A program made the position numbers and the translations under genes. From contig WELB01000004.1 in assembly GCA_009602725.1 (NCBI GenBank), positions 825,277 through 852,499 on the forward strand: a stretch of DNA of 27,223 nucleotides, written 5' to 3'. Position 1 is the stretch's first letter, and the number at the start of each line of letters is the position of its first letter. The notes beneath the pieces were generated by a model. It ran no database searches. It saw only the letters and a program-made list of their open reading frames with translations, and was not told the origin of the DNA. The stretch is from Spirogloea muscicola (taxonomy: Eukaryota). Below, piece by piece: positions 11,570 through 22,777 of the stretch.

Positions 11570-12201
11570 GTCAATTCTTTTTGGGCTGGCTTTTCGCAGC
11601 CCTTGCCCACATTGGGATTGCCACTTCTTCTTTCTTCCGGCCCCTCCTTGCCCCTTCGTAGCTGCTAAGAGTTTTTGGCCCCTTTGAACCTGTCGATTCA
11701 TATCGGATTGGCTCTTCACAGCCCTTGCCCCCATTGAGGAATGTGCTCGCCCATAGAGAAGAGTGGCTGGCAAAGCCAGCCCAAAAAGAATGGACAATAT
11801 CCCCAAGCCAAAGAAAGAGGAGCCGTAAAAGAACTATACTACAGTCAGTGCCTTTGGACTAGGACGAAGACATCAGCCAGAGGACGCTCAGCCCATTGTT
11901 CTTGGCCATATTGGCCTTCGATTGTTGTTTTTTGGAGGTTTGGCAATAGGAGGTTTGGCAATAGGAAGAATTGTTTTTCGCCACTGTGTAGCCGGCGGTA
12001 CAAATATGCCAAACATGGCATTCCTGAGGAGGTCGTGGGCTGCCGTGCGTTCACCTCCGCGGTGCAGCGGAGGACATGCGCCGCCAGCTCCGCCGAGTCC
12101 GCCGACCGTTCCCTGCACTCGCACTGCAATACGCCCTGCAGACAAGCACGCGCGGCCGGATTGACTGGTGGCTGGGAAAGGCCAGCCCGAAAGGAATGGA
12201 C
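11570..12201. mobile_element. Cluster of retrotransposon 3'-terminal remnants upstream of prefoldin 1
   Basis: Motif copies at 11583-11624 (+), 11705-11737 (+), 11744-11782 (-) and 12154-12188 (-), plus a D-type CTTGGCCATATTGGCCTTCG at ~11900-11926. Confidence 0.65.
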
Positions 12202-12203
12202 AG

Positions 12204-13653
12204 GGCCGGAGGAGACCAAGCAGGCGATGGACTGCCTGCCCCTCCCTCCCTCCCTCCTGTGTCCTACCCGGTGCCTGCTCCACATTCTCAACTTGTGCCG
12301 GATATCTCCTTGTATCAGATCGTCGTGACTTGGTCCTTCTCATGGCAGCAGTTGAGGCTCGATCCGCAGGCCTTTGCGGAGCTGCAGGGCCGCCTGATTG
12401 AGACCAGCACCAAGCTGAAGCAGGTCCGCCCTCCAGGCTATGCTCCATCTTGGCGGAACCTAAGTCATGCTTGGGCTCAGACGACCCGATGCACTTGGCA
12501 ACGTCTGTGTTGATCACGGCAGGCGCTGTCACACGACCTGCTAAACAGACTGCCAAGCCAGGGTTCATCTGCTGCATGTCAATGGATTGTACCAGCAAAG
12601 CCTACACTAATCTGCCACCACCTCAGCCGCACCGCAGGTGACGGTGCAGATGGCCGCAAAAGCGGCAGAGAAGAAAAGGGCGACACTGACTCTCCAGGAA
12701 CTGGACTTGCTGCCAACTGACACAAGGACATACAAGCCGTTAGGTGGAAGGAATCACCCTTCATCCCTGTGCTTGCAGATCTATGCTTGCAGGTCACATC
12801 TGCATTTCATAGGTCCTACGTGCCCATGTCCTGTCATGAGAAGTATTGCTTCTCTAGTAATGGCACGACATTGCTTTCAAAAAACTCTGAGCTAATGCGC
12901 AGCCTGCCAACGGTGAGCTGTTGCGACCAGAGTCCCGAGGCCAAGCTGTTCCTATGAGAAAGAAGTGAAGTGAGGTGTGAAGAAGCAGCTCGAGCTGACA
13001 CTCTGACTGCTTGTCTGCTTGCTTAGGCAAAGCGTGAGTTCCATTTCTGGGATCAAGCTAGTAGACACCTACCCCACAACCACAACAACGTTGCAGTTGC
13101 AGATGCATTCCTGCAAGACAGGCCAGATGAAGCTCCGCACCACTGACTGGGCTGGCACACCATGTTACGTTCCTGTCTGATACCTTGGTTGTTGCACTCG
13201 TCCTTCCAACTCACACAAAAGCATAGCCCTTGCTATTCTATACACGCTTGATAGTGTAGTCTTGGCACTTGTACACTTGCAACATGCAGATTTGTGTTGG
13301 AAGGTGCTGGACTGTTGAAGTTGGAGCAGGCATCAAAGATGGAGGAGTGCGACAGTGTTCTGGAGAGTGCCAAGGTGGTTAGGGGACATTGCCCTTGACG
13401 CACATTGCAAGTGGGCACGTCAGAAGCTGCACAAAGATTTGCTGTCCATGTTTTGCTAGTGCAGGGGTTGCACCAGCATGCAGCAAAGTTGGGCGATTGT
13501 CAGGTCTGCCAAGCAACAAGACATTGGTGGTGATGTGTGCAGGTGGCGCAGGAGCACTTGAGAAAGTCGTTGCATGATCTGGAGGCGAGCATGCGCGAGC
13601 TGCTGGAGCAATTGCCAACATTGGCGGCACATGTAATGATGGCGCCCTTATGA
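12204..13653 (+). CDS. PFD1: Prefoldin subunit 1 (beta-type); first exon and start codon uncertain
   Basis: Exons 12370-12423, 12638-12743, 13027-13033 (7 nt), 13290-13374 and 13543-13653 give AFAELQGRLIETSTKLKQ-VTVQMAAKAAEKKRATLTLQELDLLPTDTRTYKPL-GKA-FVLEGAGLLKLEQASKMEECDSVLESAK-VAQEHLRKSLHDLEASMRELLEQLPTLAAHVMMAPL*. This is colinear with plant prefoldin 1 (AFMEIQ..KKRAFLTLEEL..TYKSIGRTFVLE..LRELL). A candidate first exon piece PEETKQ ends at 12223 with a GC donor. Confidence 0.88.
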
Positions 13654-14204
13654 GCGGCTTGTGTTGGAGAGGATGGTGCGCTGGTAATTGCAGCAACAAG
13701 GGGCTATAGGCCCAGAGGAGGGGGCCAACGAGTGAAGGCATGTTGAGGGGCAAGGGGGGCCAGCTTGTAACGATGTTATGTGGTTGTAATATCAGTGGAT
13801 GTTTGGGGAGGTTAGCCACCTTACCAGCCCGGCGAATGGAGGTATAGTCCACTTTCGAGCTCACGTGAGATTTGGCAACGACGGAACCCTTGTCGAGACA
13901 CCGTATGGTGGGGTTCCCCAGATTATTCAGCTACGTTTCGGCTCACTGAGCTGGCATACTCCTGCCCGTATGAGGGGGATGGCCTACCAATTGAGCAGGC
14001 AAAACAGAAGGCCAGTACCTTGGGAGGCGTTGTCTGAAGCATACCAAGACAACAGAGCATTGTCATTCAGTGCCTGGCGGGAAATCCAGAAGGAAGATCG
14101 TGCTCTTCTACATAGGCATGTTCATTGGGCTTGCTTTTGCAGAATCCAAGTAAAAAGAAGCCAATTCTGGTGTGTGGTACTGATTGAGCTGTATATCGCC
14201 GTGA

Positions 14205-14270
14205 AAGAAAGGAAGTGGCTCTCCCAAAGGGGGCGAGGGCTGTGAACAGCCACAGCCCAAATGGACAACG
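14205..14270 (-). mobile_element. Solo 3'-terminal motif (family B-like)
   Basis: Minus strand reads GGGCTGTGGCTGTTCACAGCCCTCGCCCCCTTTGGGAGAGCCAC followed by TTCCTTTCTTTC. Confidence 0.6.
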
Positions 14271-14574
14271 ATCAGCCGGGGCCGAAAGCGCTTTCCCAAA
14301 AATTCCCTGTGTGAAAGGGTTGGATTTCTGACTTCCTCTTGCAGATTCGAAGGCAGATATAGGTGGACAAAATAAATCTTGTGAACGAAACTACCAAATG
14401 GAACTAGTCAGTCAAGTTGGATCGTTAAGTGAACAAGGAGTATCCTAGTTTTCGAATATGTCAGGTCAGGATTTAGCTTGTGGCTGTGTAACAATCCTAT
14501 GTAGGTTAATGTTGGGTGCAAGTTTTATTAAAGAGGCATACATATTTTGCTCCCACTACTTGAGGGAAATCAAG

Positions 14575-15300
14575 TCATGTGTGTGACAGATTCTAAAATT
14601 AGTGACCTTCCGATTACATTCTAGGGGAAGACTACTAATAGAAGATAGTACGGTCTGCTTGACCTCTCTTTTACACGAAATTCTCTCTTTACAATGTGCA
14701 CAAATGCTCATTTCAAAACTGTCTTATCGATATTGACTTTTTAGTTTCAGAGACAAAAGCAAGATTTTTAGTTGTTAAAAACATTTGAGCTTCTTCTTCG
14801 AATTCATTACTTCACGATTTTGCGGACATTTGTGCAGGTTCCGGAAAGCTCAAAAGAGAAAAAGAACATCGTGACAAATATGAAGAAACACAGACAAGTG
14901 CTGTTGACGTCATGATTTTCACATATTGGTCTTGGAATTTTGAAATATGGGTTTGTTAGTTTGATTATTCAAAGGCTTTTCTTGTACTCCCAATACTTTT
15001 AAATTCGAGTGACTTGACAATTTGAAAATTTATTAGCTTTCCGATTATGTTAAAGGATAAGATACCGATGGGATGATAATATTCTCTGCTTTCAATTCTC
15101 TTTACAATGTGTACGAAGACCCATATCATAGCTGTCTTTCAATCAATTCTTGTAGCTCCAAAGACCAAAGCGAGACCACCTTATGAATTTCATGGATTCA
15201 CTAGTTAGAGGACATTGTGTGCAGGTTTTTGAAGGCTTAAATAGAAATTTGTGATAGCATCAAAGAAACGAAGACAAAGAGTGGTGTTGACAAGAGATAG
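14575..15300. repeat. AT-rich degenerate direct duplication (period ~380-430 bp)
   Basis: Paired blocks CTTCCGATTA/TTTCCGATTA, TCTCTTTACAATGTG, GGACATT..GTGCAGGTT, AAGAAAC..AGACAA and GTGxTGTTGAC occur twice, in 14575-14910 and 15005-15292. Confidence 0.6.
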
Positions 15301-15497
15301 AAACCATGAGCAAGAATTTTCCCTGTATAGTTTCAAAGAAAAGCCTCCCATGGAGACCAGAGCAAGTCTTTGCTACTGTTCAGTGTTCATGAAAGCTCAG
15401 TATGGAGCAAATTTGATATTTGCTGTCGTTTTGCGTGTCAAAATTGCTGTTGTAAAGGATTGAGCCACTACACTTTTGGTAGTTGATGGCTTGTGTA

Positions 15498-15609
15498 TTG
15501 CTCTATCAAATTTACTTCGGGCACTTTGGGTAAGCTGCACAGGACACAAGTAGCTTGCTCCATCAAATTTACGGGAACTTCGGGTAAGCTGCACAGGCAC
15601 ACAAGTAGC
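15498..15609. repeat. Two-copy ~56-bp tandem repeat containing the putative last acceptor and exon of the EGF gene
   Basis: TTGCTC(T/C)ATCAAATTTAC..GGGTAAGCTGCACAGG..ACACAAGTAGC at 15498-15554 and 15555-15609. Confidence 0.8.
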
Positions 15610-17148
15610 AAGGCAAATGAAACCCTGAAGTATTGAGTAGCAGACGGGAGGTATTGCCAGCTGACACATGCACAGACTGATTGAACTTGAACTTCTGCAC
15701 ACAGGCAGTCCTCAGGTGGGCGGGGTAAAAGGGACGTCTTTTGGACACTTACAGTAGTTGCAGGTGGTCTGGCCCTGGAAGCAGCACTTTCCGACCTGGC
15801 CGGGAGCCTGGTTGGGGCCAACAGGGTGGAGAGTCGGGAAGCAGGTGCAGTTGAAGGCGCCAATGACGCTCTGGGTGCAGTAGGACAAGATCGGGCACAC
15901 CGGGGGGAACTTGAAGCAGTACAGGATAGCTGAGTCACAGAAAAGAAAGCATTGCGTCAGGCTTCAGTCAGGAGACTTACGTGTGCTGACAAAGGTTCAG
16001 CTAATACAAGCAATGCCGGTATACGAGGCGGGGAGAAAAGGAAAGAGGATGCATTGGTAGAGGGCCGGCGAACGTACGGACACAGGTCTTGAAGAAGCTG
16101 CTGTACTCATAGCCCGCATCACACTCGCAGGTGGCATTGCCAGCGTTCTGGAAGGTGCAGGTGGAGTGAATGGGGCAGGTCTTGGCAGCCTGGTAGGGCG
16201 TCGCGAGGCAGGGGTCGATCACTGCATGCCAAAGGCAGAAGGAAAATCAGGAGTGACCACAGGGCAGTCTTCTTCGACTTCTTTTTCTTCATTCTACCAA
16301 TGAGTGCTTTGCATGAGGTAAGAGTGTGCAGCAGGCACAGCAATGAACTGGCATGTCAAGCAATTGATGTTCAAGAGAGAATGTGGACAGCTCGCACACA
16401 CCCGTGGTGCAGCCCGTGCTGAAGTCGTAGTTATCGGCGCAGTTGCTGCAGAAGCCACCGGCGAAGTGGCCCGGATCAGTGGTCTTGTTGCAGTTGCACG
16501 TACCATTGCCAGCGGGACCATCAAAGCATGTAGAACCATGCAGGCACACTGCCAGGGCAGGAAACACCAGTTGCCTCAGTTACTTGAAAGTTGCCACAAT
16601 GCGCCGAGGCAAAAGGATGGCCAAGGTCAGTCTGCCGGAGCAAAGGTGGGTGACTGGACGAGTGGACTTCCAAAGACAATAGCGTGGTTACAGCGGAGAC
16701 ACTCTGTGCAAAGGGCTACTGCTCTTCCCTGAGAAAGCGGGTTCGGTGTCCTGATGTATGTGAGGGCCCGACTTAGCGAGCGGTTCCCGGAGCAGGTAGC
16801 TTGTGCTCACCGCAGTAGTTGCTGCAGTCGGAGCCATAGCAGCCGGAGCCAGCGGCGCAGACGCCATTGGCGGGCGGGCACTGCTGGGCTGTGGGCAGGA
16901 GAGCAGGCAGGGGAGCATTTGAGCAGTTGCGGGACGCCGTGCAGTGACATGGGGCAGCGGGGTGGGAGGTGAGCAGCGGGCAGAGGACCGCGGCTGCTGA
17001 TGATGGACGAGCGGCTGGGAAAGCCAGCCGGGAGCAGGCAGAGGGTGGACATGGCGAGACGGGCGGAGAGGGGAGGGGAGAGCGTACCAGAGGCGGTGGA
17101 AGCGGCGGCGACGAGGACGAGGAGGACGGCGTGCTTGAGGGCGGCCAT
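15569..17148 (-). CDS. Small secreted cysteine-rich protein with laminin-EGF/EGF-like modules (~208 aa)
   Basis: Exons (minus strand): 17088-17148 (signal peptide MAALKHAVLLVLVAAASTAS), 16811-16888, 16402-16548 (CLHGSTCFDGPAGNGTCNC..FAGGFCSNCADNY), 16078-16221 (IDPC..CPIHSTC..ATCECDAGYEY..KTC), 15753-15929 (CPILSYC..FNCTCFP). A probable last exon is 15569-15588 (SYPKFP*). All junctions are GT-AG and phase 1. The 3' exon choice is uncertain; read-through of the last donor would stop at 15712. Confidence 0.8.
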
Positions 17149-18199
17149 GGTGGGGGGGGNNNNNNNNNNNNNNNNNNNNNNNNNNNNNNNNNNNNNNNNN
17201 NNNNNNNNNNNNNNNNNNNNNNNNNNNNNNNNNNNNNNNNNNNNNNNNNNNNNNNNNNNNNNNNNNNNNNNNNNNNNNNNNNNNNNNNNNNNNNNNNNNN
17301 NNNNNNNNNNNNNNNNNNNNNNNNNNNNNNNNNNNNNNNNNNNNNNNNNNNNNNNNNNNNNNNNNNNNNNNNNNNNNNNNNNNNNNNNNNNNNNNNNNNN
17401 NNNNNNNNNNNNNNNNNNNNNNNNNNNNNNNNNNNNNNNNNNNNNNNNNNNNNNNNNNNNNNNNNNNNNNNNNNNNNNNNNNNNNNNNNNNNNNNNNNNN
17501 NNNNNNNNNNNNNNNNNNNNNNNNNNNNNNNNNNNNNNNNNNNNNNNNNNNNNNNNNNNNNNNNNNNNNNNNNNNNNNNNNNNNNNNNNNNNNNNNNNNN
17601 NNNNNNNNNNNNNNNNNNNNNNNNNNNNNNNNNNNNNNNNNNNNNNNNNNNNNNNNNNNNNNNNNNNNNNNNNNNNNNNNNNNNNNNNNNNNNNNNNNNN
17701 NNNNNNNNNNNNNNNNNNNNNNNNNNNNNNNNNNNNNNNNNNNNNNNNNNNNNNNNNNNNNNNNNNNNNNNNNNNNNNNNNNNNNNNNNNNNNNNNNNNN
17801 NNNNNNNNNNNNNNNNNNNNNNNNNNNNNNNNNNNNNNNNNNNNNNNNNNNNNNNNNNNNNNNNNNNNNNNNNNNNNNNNNNNNNNNNNNNNNNNNNNNN
17901 NNNNNNNNNNNNNNNNNNNNNNNNNNNNNNNNNNNNNNNNNNNNNNNNNNNNNNNNNNNNNNNNNNNNNNNNNNNNNNNNNNNNNNNNNNNNNNNNNNNN
18001 NNNNNNNNNNNNNNNNNNNNNNNNNNNNNNNNNNNNNNNNNNNNNNNNNNNNNNNNNNNNNNNNNNNNNNNNNNNNNNNNNNNNNNNNNNNNNNNNNCCC
18101 CCCCCCAAATCCTCCCCGCGGGTTTAGCACTGCGCCGCAGTCAGCCTCCTCTGCGAACCTTGCTCCATTCGTCCCTTCGACCCCCCCTCTGTCAACTCC

Positions 18200-19170
18200 T
18201 GTTCGGGCTGGCTTCCCTCACAGCCCTTGCCCCCATTGGCTCTCCCAATGCGGGGCCCGCCCCCCAGCCTGCGCGGGCCCCACCGCTAGCGCGGCCGTCG
18301 CCCCTTCCCGTGGGTTGGCTACTACTGCGCCGCGACATCCTTGGTGATGCCTGCTTTCATGCGCGCTATCCGCTCCCGCGCGCTATCCGCTTCGTCTCTT
18401 CTGGGTCCTGTGATTCGTCAGCGGCTTCGCAGCCAGCTCGCCCATTGATCGAGCTCCTCCACCATGGCGTGCTGCGTAGCCTGCGTTACCCGGCCGTCGT
18501 GGATTCTGCCCATTCTCACCATTTCTGGGCTCGACTTCTCCATGGCCATCGCACCCCTTCCTTCTGGGCCCTGTCCTTCAAAGACATTGCTCGCCCGTAG
18601 AGGAGAGGGGCTAGGAAAGGCCAGCCCAAAGAAATGGACAATATCCAAAGAGCCATAAGGTGTCGAAAAAGAAAAGCTACACAGCTAGACACGAGACGAC
18701 GCAGATGGAAGCTTAGTACTCACGAGAGCAGCAAGTCCGAGTAACTCGCAGCTGGGAAAGCGGCACTCCGCCTAGACCCAGATGCAGCAGCTACAGTGCG
18801 GCCTGCTCGTGAAAGGCGCGGCCTGCTCGCCTGCCTGGAAACCAGATGGCAGATTCGAAGCCCTTCTGCCACCAACTAGAGCCCAGCGTTCTGGTGCAAA
18901 GCATTAGCCTGAGCACGCTGCAAATAGGCCAAACTCATCGTCGCAAAAACGACGATATGCAGCTGGCAAGCCCTCTCAGCCGGAAAGGAGTGAATGGTAA
19001 AGAGAAGTGGCTCTCCTATGGAGGCAAGGGCTGTGAAAAGCCAGCCCGTCAAGAGTTGACAATGTTCCAAGGGGCAAAAGCGCTGATTCAGAAGTCGGGT
19101 AATGATAAAATGAAATAGGGCTTCCAAATTGACTGGTGGCTGCGAGAGGCCAGCCCAATGGAGTGGACAA
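18200..19170 (-). mobile_element. Head-to-tail array of 3' ends of several families upstream of the EGF gene
   Basis: Minus-strand order: motif 19118-19156, motif 19007-19047, family D fragment SLAYLQRAQANALHQNAG (18845-18965), family C end AAASGS..SYSDLLL (18712-18800) with motif 18589-18627. A plus-strand motif lies at 18205-18240. Confidence 0.75.
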
Positions 19171-20017
19171 GGAGTGGACAATGGGGTAATGATGAAGAAA
19201 CAGCGCTTCCAAATTGACCGATAAAGCGTCCGGAGGGCCAGAGCCCGGCCAGCGCCCCGCACGGCCACGCACCTTCGGCCGGCCGCCCGCGCGCTCCGAC
19301 TTGCGCGCAGCTGCGCCTCTGCGCCGCGGCCGCGCTCCCTTCGATATCCTCTGCCACTGCCGCCCCTCCCGGACTAGAGCTTCGGTTGGTGTTGTTCCAC
19401 TGGTTGCACTACCTCGCATGAACACGAAGTTGGCTCGGCTTGGCCTCCCTTTCAATTCTGATTCTTTCTGCATGCACTCACGTGGCTTTCTTTCACAGCC
19501 GCCCCTTGACATAAGCAGCCGAGTCCCACTGATTCCACTTATGGGAACCACGCGCCTTCTCTCTTGTGCTTTCGATGGTATGCCACCGGGAGCGCGTCAG
19601 CCTCTCGTCGCCACTGCGATGCTGTCCTGCAGCCTGGCACAGTGCTGGTCAATGCTCGGGATCCTCTGCGGCTGCCCGGCTGGCCAGCCCTCTCGCTCAT
19701 CCCGACCTTCTTCAACCGCTGACGATGAATTCCGGCACCGAGCTCCCCGTCACACTGACCATTGTCGCCGGTTTACCTTGCGCTGTTGACTGAGAAATGC
19801 CTTTGCTTCTGCAGGTGCCGCTGGCGGCTTAGCTGTGGTAGGCTGCTCTGCCGGTGCTGTCCTACCCGCACTGCATAGCTGGCTCTTGGGCTGGCCAAGT
19901 GATGCCCCTTCCCTCACACTGAAGTTGTGATGTTTGAGCTCTCTACCCCAGTTTCCTGTCCGCTGAGTACTTGATATTGCTCTTCATAGGGCGCTTGCCA
20001 ACGCCCAAAAAAGACTA

Positions 20018-20369
20018 CAGTTAAACCTGTCTAAGCTTATCCTCCATTAGATTATATCCTATATAACGTTATCAAAATTTTGGCAAACCGAGTCGGTTTA
20101 GTGGCGTAAGCTTATAATCCTCTATATTTCCATACTTTATATATTTTTCTCAAGAAAGCTTATACCTATGGATATCTCTTAATAACAAGCATTCTTTATG
20201 GACGGACCGTGCGGATGGACCGTGCGGCGGACCGTGCGACGGCGTGCAAACGTGCGACGGCCGGGCGACGGCCGTGCGACGGACCGTGCGACCTGTGTAC
20301 CGTTTTATCCTGTGTATCGTTATACAAACCTCCCCAACCAACCGCATAATCTTAGACAGGTTCTACTTG
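20018..20369. mobile_element. Tc1/mariner(pogo)-type MITE, 352 bp
   Basis: Imperfect TIRs CAGTTAAACCTGTCTAAG (20018-20035) and CTTAGACAGGTTCTACTTG (20351-20369), flanked by TA (20016-17, 20370-71). The interior is AT-rich with an internal GGACCGTGCG minisatellite and no convincing ORF. Confidence 0.7.
20199..20293. repeat. ~10-12 bp tandem repeat (ACGGACCGTGCG-like) inside the MITE
   Basis: GGACCGTGCG occurs four times, with degenerate variants between them. Confidence 0.8.
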
Positions 20370-21051
20370 TACTTCTTAACACGACAGCCCCAGTCTCAGG
20401 CCAGCATATTTGGATGAGACTTTCACCCACACGGCAGATGCTTTCGGCAGCTACTTGCACTGGGTGGTACATACTGGACGCTGTACTCGCTCACTGAATT
20501 TCTTAGTGTGCTGACATCCTCAGAGCCCTACAAGGCCAAGCCAATAACCAGGTCCTGGGCCCAGTGGCAGACAGGATGACAGTGAGAACCAATTGAAGAG
20601 TACGTGTAAGGTGACACATCCATGCTGCAGATACAGATTGTAATCGTGCGGCTCACAATAGAAGGAATATGTGCCTGGTAAAGCGAAGCGGAGGATATAG
20701 CTTTTACAATGTTTCTTGGAGCACTCCTTCAGTGCCAACAAACAGGCACGTCAAGAGCAACTTTGACAGTTGCCAATGCTTGAATCAATAAATAACCTTT
20801 CAATATAGCTGACTCTATCAATCAGCCTCCAGATGTATCGAATCCAACCACTGGCTCACAACTGGCCGGATGGGGTGGACTCTGTATTGTACACAATAGA
20901 CCCTACGATTTAACGATCTATGACTAGCATTGCAAATCTGCAGGGATAAATGTATCTCTGCATTGGAAAATGCATGCTGAGAAGGGGGGCATCAGGAAAT
21001 AGTGAGCCTGCGCAGCAACTGCTGGTAGACTTGACCAGAAAAAGTATAACG

Positions 21052-22556
21052 TCAAGCCCATTTGGCAATCAGACTCATACATGCTGCACCCGCAAACATG
21101 GCTACGAATCCGAGAGAGACCACAGCATTGCTGGCAGGTCGATCCTCGTCCGAGAAGGTAGGTATGATGAGATCCGCCAGACCATTGTAGACAAGAATTC
21201 CACCAGCTACAGCGTTGAATGAGCCCTGCGTGCCCAACACTGCGACACACCACACACGCATTGACCTTATAAGAGACTCATCCCGCCGTGAGGGTGGAGT
21301 ACCTGTGCTGAGAGCCCACACTACAGGGAACAAGCTAGCGAGATGAATGCAGGAGAAGGGAAACGTTTCATGCACCAGGTCCATGCACCAGGTCAAGCTG
21401 CAGCCGCAGCTTAAGCCGCAGTTGGCATGCGAAAGTGGTGTCAAGAGAGAGATCATACCACTGGGGTCATTCTTGTTGTAGTTGATTGACACGCTTATGC
21501 CAATGGCAATGCCAACTGGTGTACTCAGAGCAAACAAGAGCCCCATGATTGCATACTTCAGCTTGTTATATCCTGCCTTGCAGAAAGCAGCCCCAAGAGC
21601 CACGCCTTCGAATCCCTGCCAAGACAAACAGCAGCCACTTGCAACAGTCTTAGTCTCAACTTGGACACATACACGACAGAAGTGCTGCGAAGAGATGAAC
21701 CAAGCGCGCAAACAATGCAGCAAGTCTCACATTTGTTTCACAGCACAGGGCTGACCTGGTGAAAGAGGAGGGCGAACGTCAACCCGCGTACATAACCTAT
21801 GTCGGTGTTTGTGCCGAGTGTCAGCCCAACAAAGACGGAATGGAAGATAACCCCTGCCTCCAGGGTGAGCGCCACCACATTCCACTCCAGCTGTCTCTCC
21901 TTCTCAAGGTCCACCTGCTTTGGATTTGCCTTCGCCCTCTCCAGATCGTCGCCCATGCTCAGACCGCCTGCAGGACTCAGATAGACAGGTCAGTCATTGT
22001 GGCCGACATGTCAAGCTCGTGTCTGTCTCAGATTGTCTTCCCAGCGCAAATGAATGATTTGTCACCGACTCGGCCTGTGTAAGCAGGAGTTATGCGGCTG
22101 GGGGGGGGGGACAGACCTTGCACTTGAGCAGAGTCTTCAAGTGAAGCTTGGGTGGGCAAGCCATAGGCCCTCCTGATCGTCTGCACGAGGAACGAGGCGA
22201 TGAGTTGCGTCAGTGCATCAGGAGGCACAGGCAATGAGCAACAGATAGATAGAGCTTGCAACGGAGGGCGAGGTGAGGGCCCGGGCTCTGTGCGCTCACC
22301 AAGCGCAGCCAGAACTCGAGGCAGAAGGTGCATAGCGTGGCCGCGAGCGCAAAGGCGTAGGCCCAGGGGAAGGAGGTGGAGAAGTGGAGGCAGGGGTTGG
22401 AGAGGTCGGCGGCGGCGTCGGGCAGGATGTGGACGTAGCCCACGGCCAGCACCACGCCGGCGGCAAAGGCCCTGCCGATGAAGAAGAAGGGGTTGCGGGG
22501 GCTGACTCCGCCGAAGAAGCTGAGGAGGAAGGGCAGCAGGACGCCGATGGCCGACG
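21052..22556 (-). CDS. ZIP: ZIP (ZRT/IRT-like) zinc/iron transporter; 5' exon(s) lost in the assembly gap
   Basis: Exons (minus strand): 22300-22556, 22117-22180, 21756-21967, 21459-21615, 21052-21239, all GT-AG and in frame. Motifs: AFAAGVVLAVGYVHILPDA, LSNPCL, LEAGVIFHSVFVGLTLG, ALLFHQGFEGVALG, STPVGIAIG, AGGILVY, MSLIAKWA*, typical of plant ZIP proteins. Confidence 0.93.
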
Positions 22557-22655
22557 CTGCGGAACAGGCACAAGCAAAAGCACGAGCACGGCGTGGTGAG
22601 CTTTCGGCAGCCGAGGCGGCTCCCTGCCCGGGGCTGGCAGGCGGGGGGGGGGGGG

Positions 22656-22777
<122 letters not shown>

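Noticed and set aside
13799..14245. 148-aa plus-strand ORF after prefoldin 1
   Set aside because: No recognisable motif or splice structure; probably 3' UTR or intergenic.
16688..18600. Long ORFs spanning N gaps (also 8806-9732 and 22478-23483)
   Set aside because: Artefacts of translating Ns.
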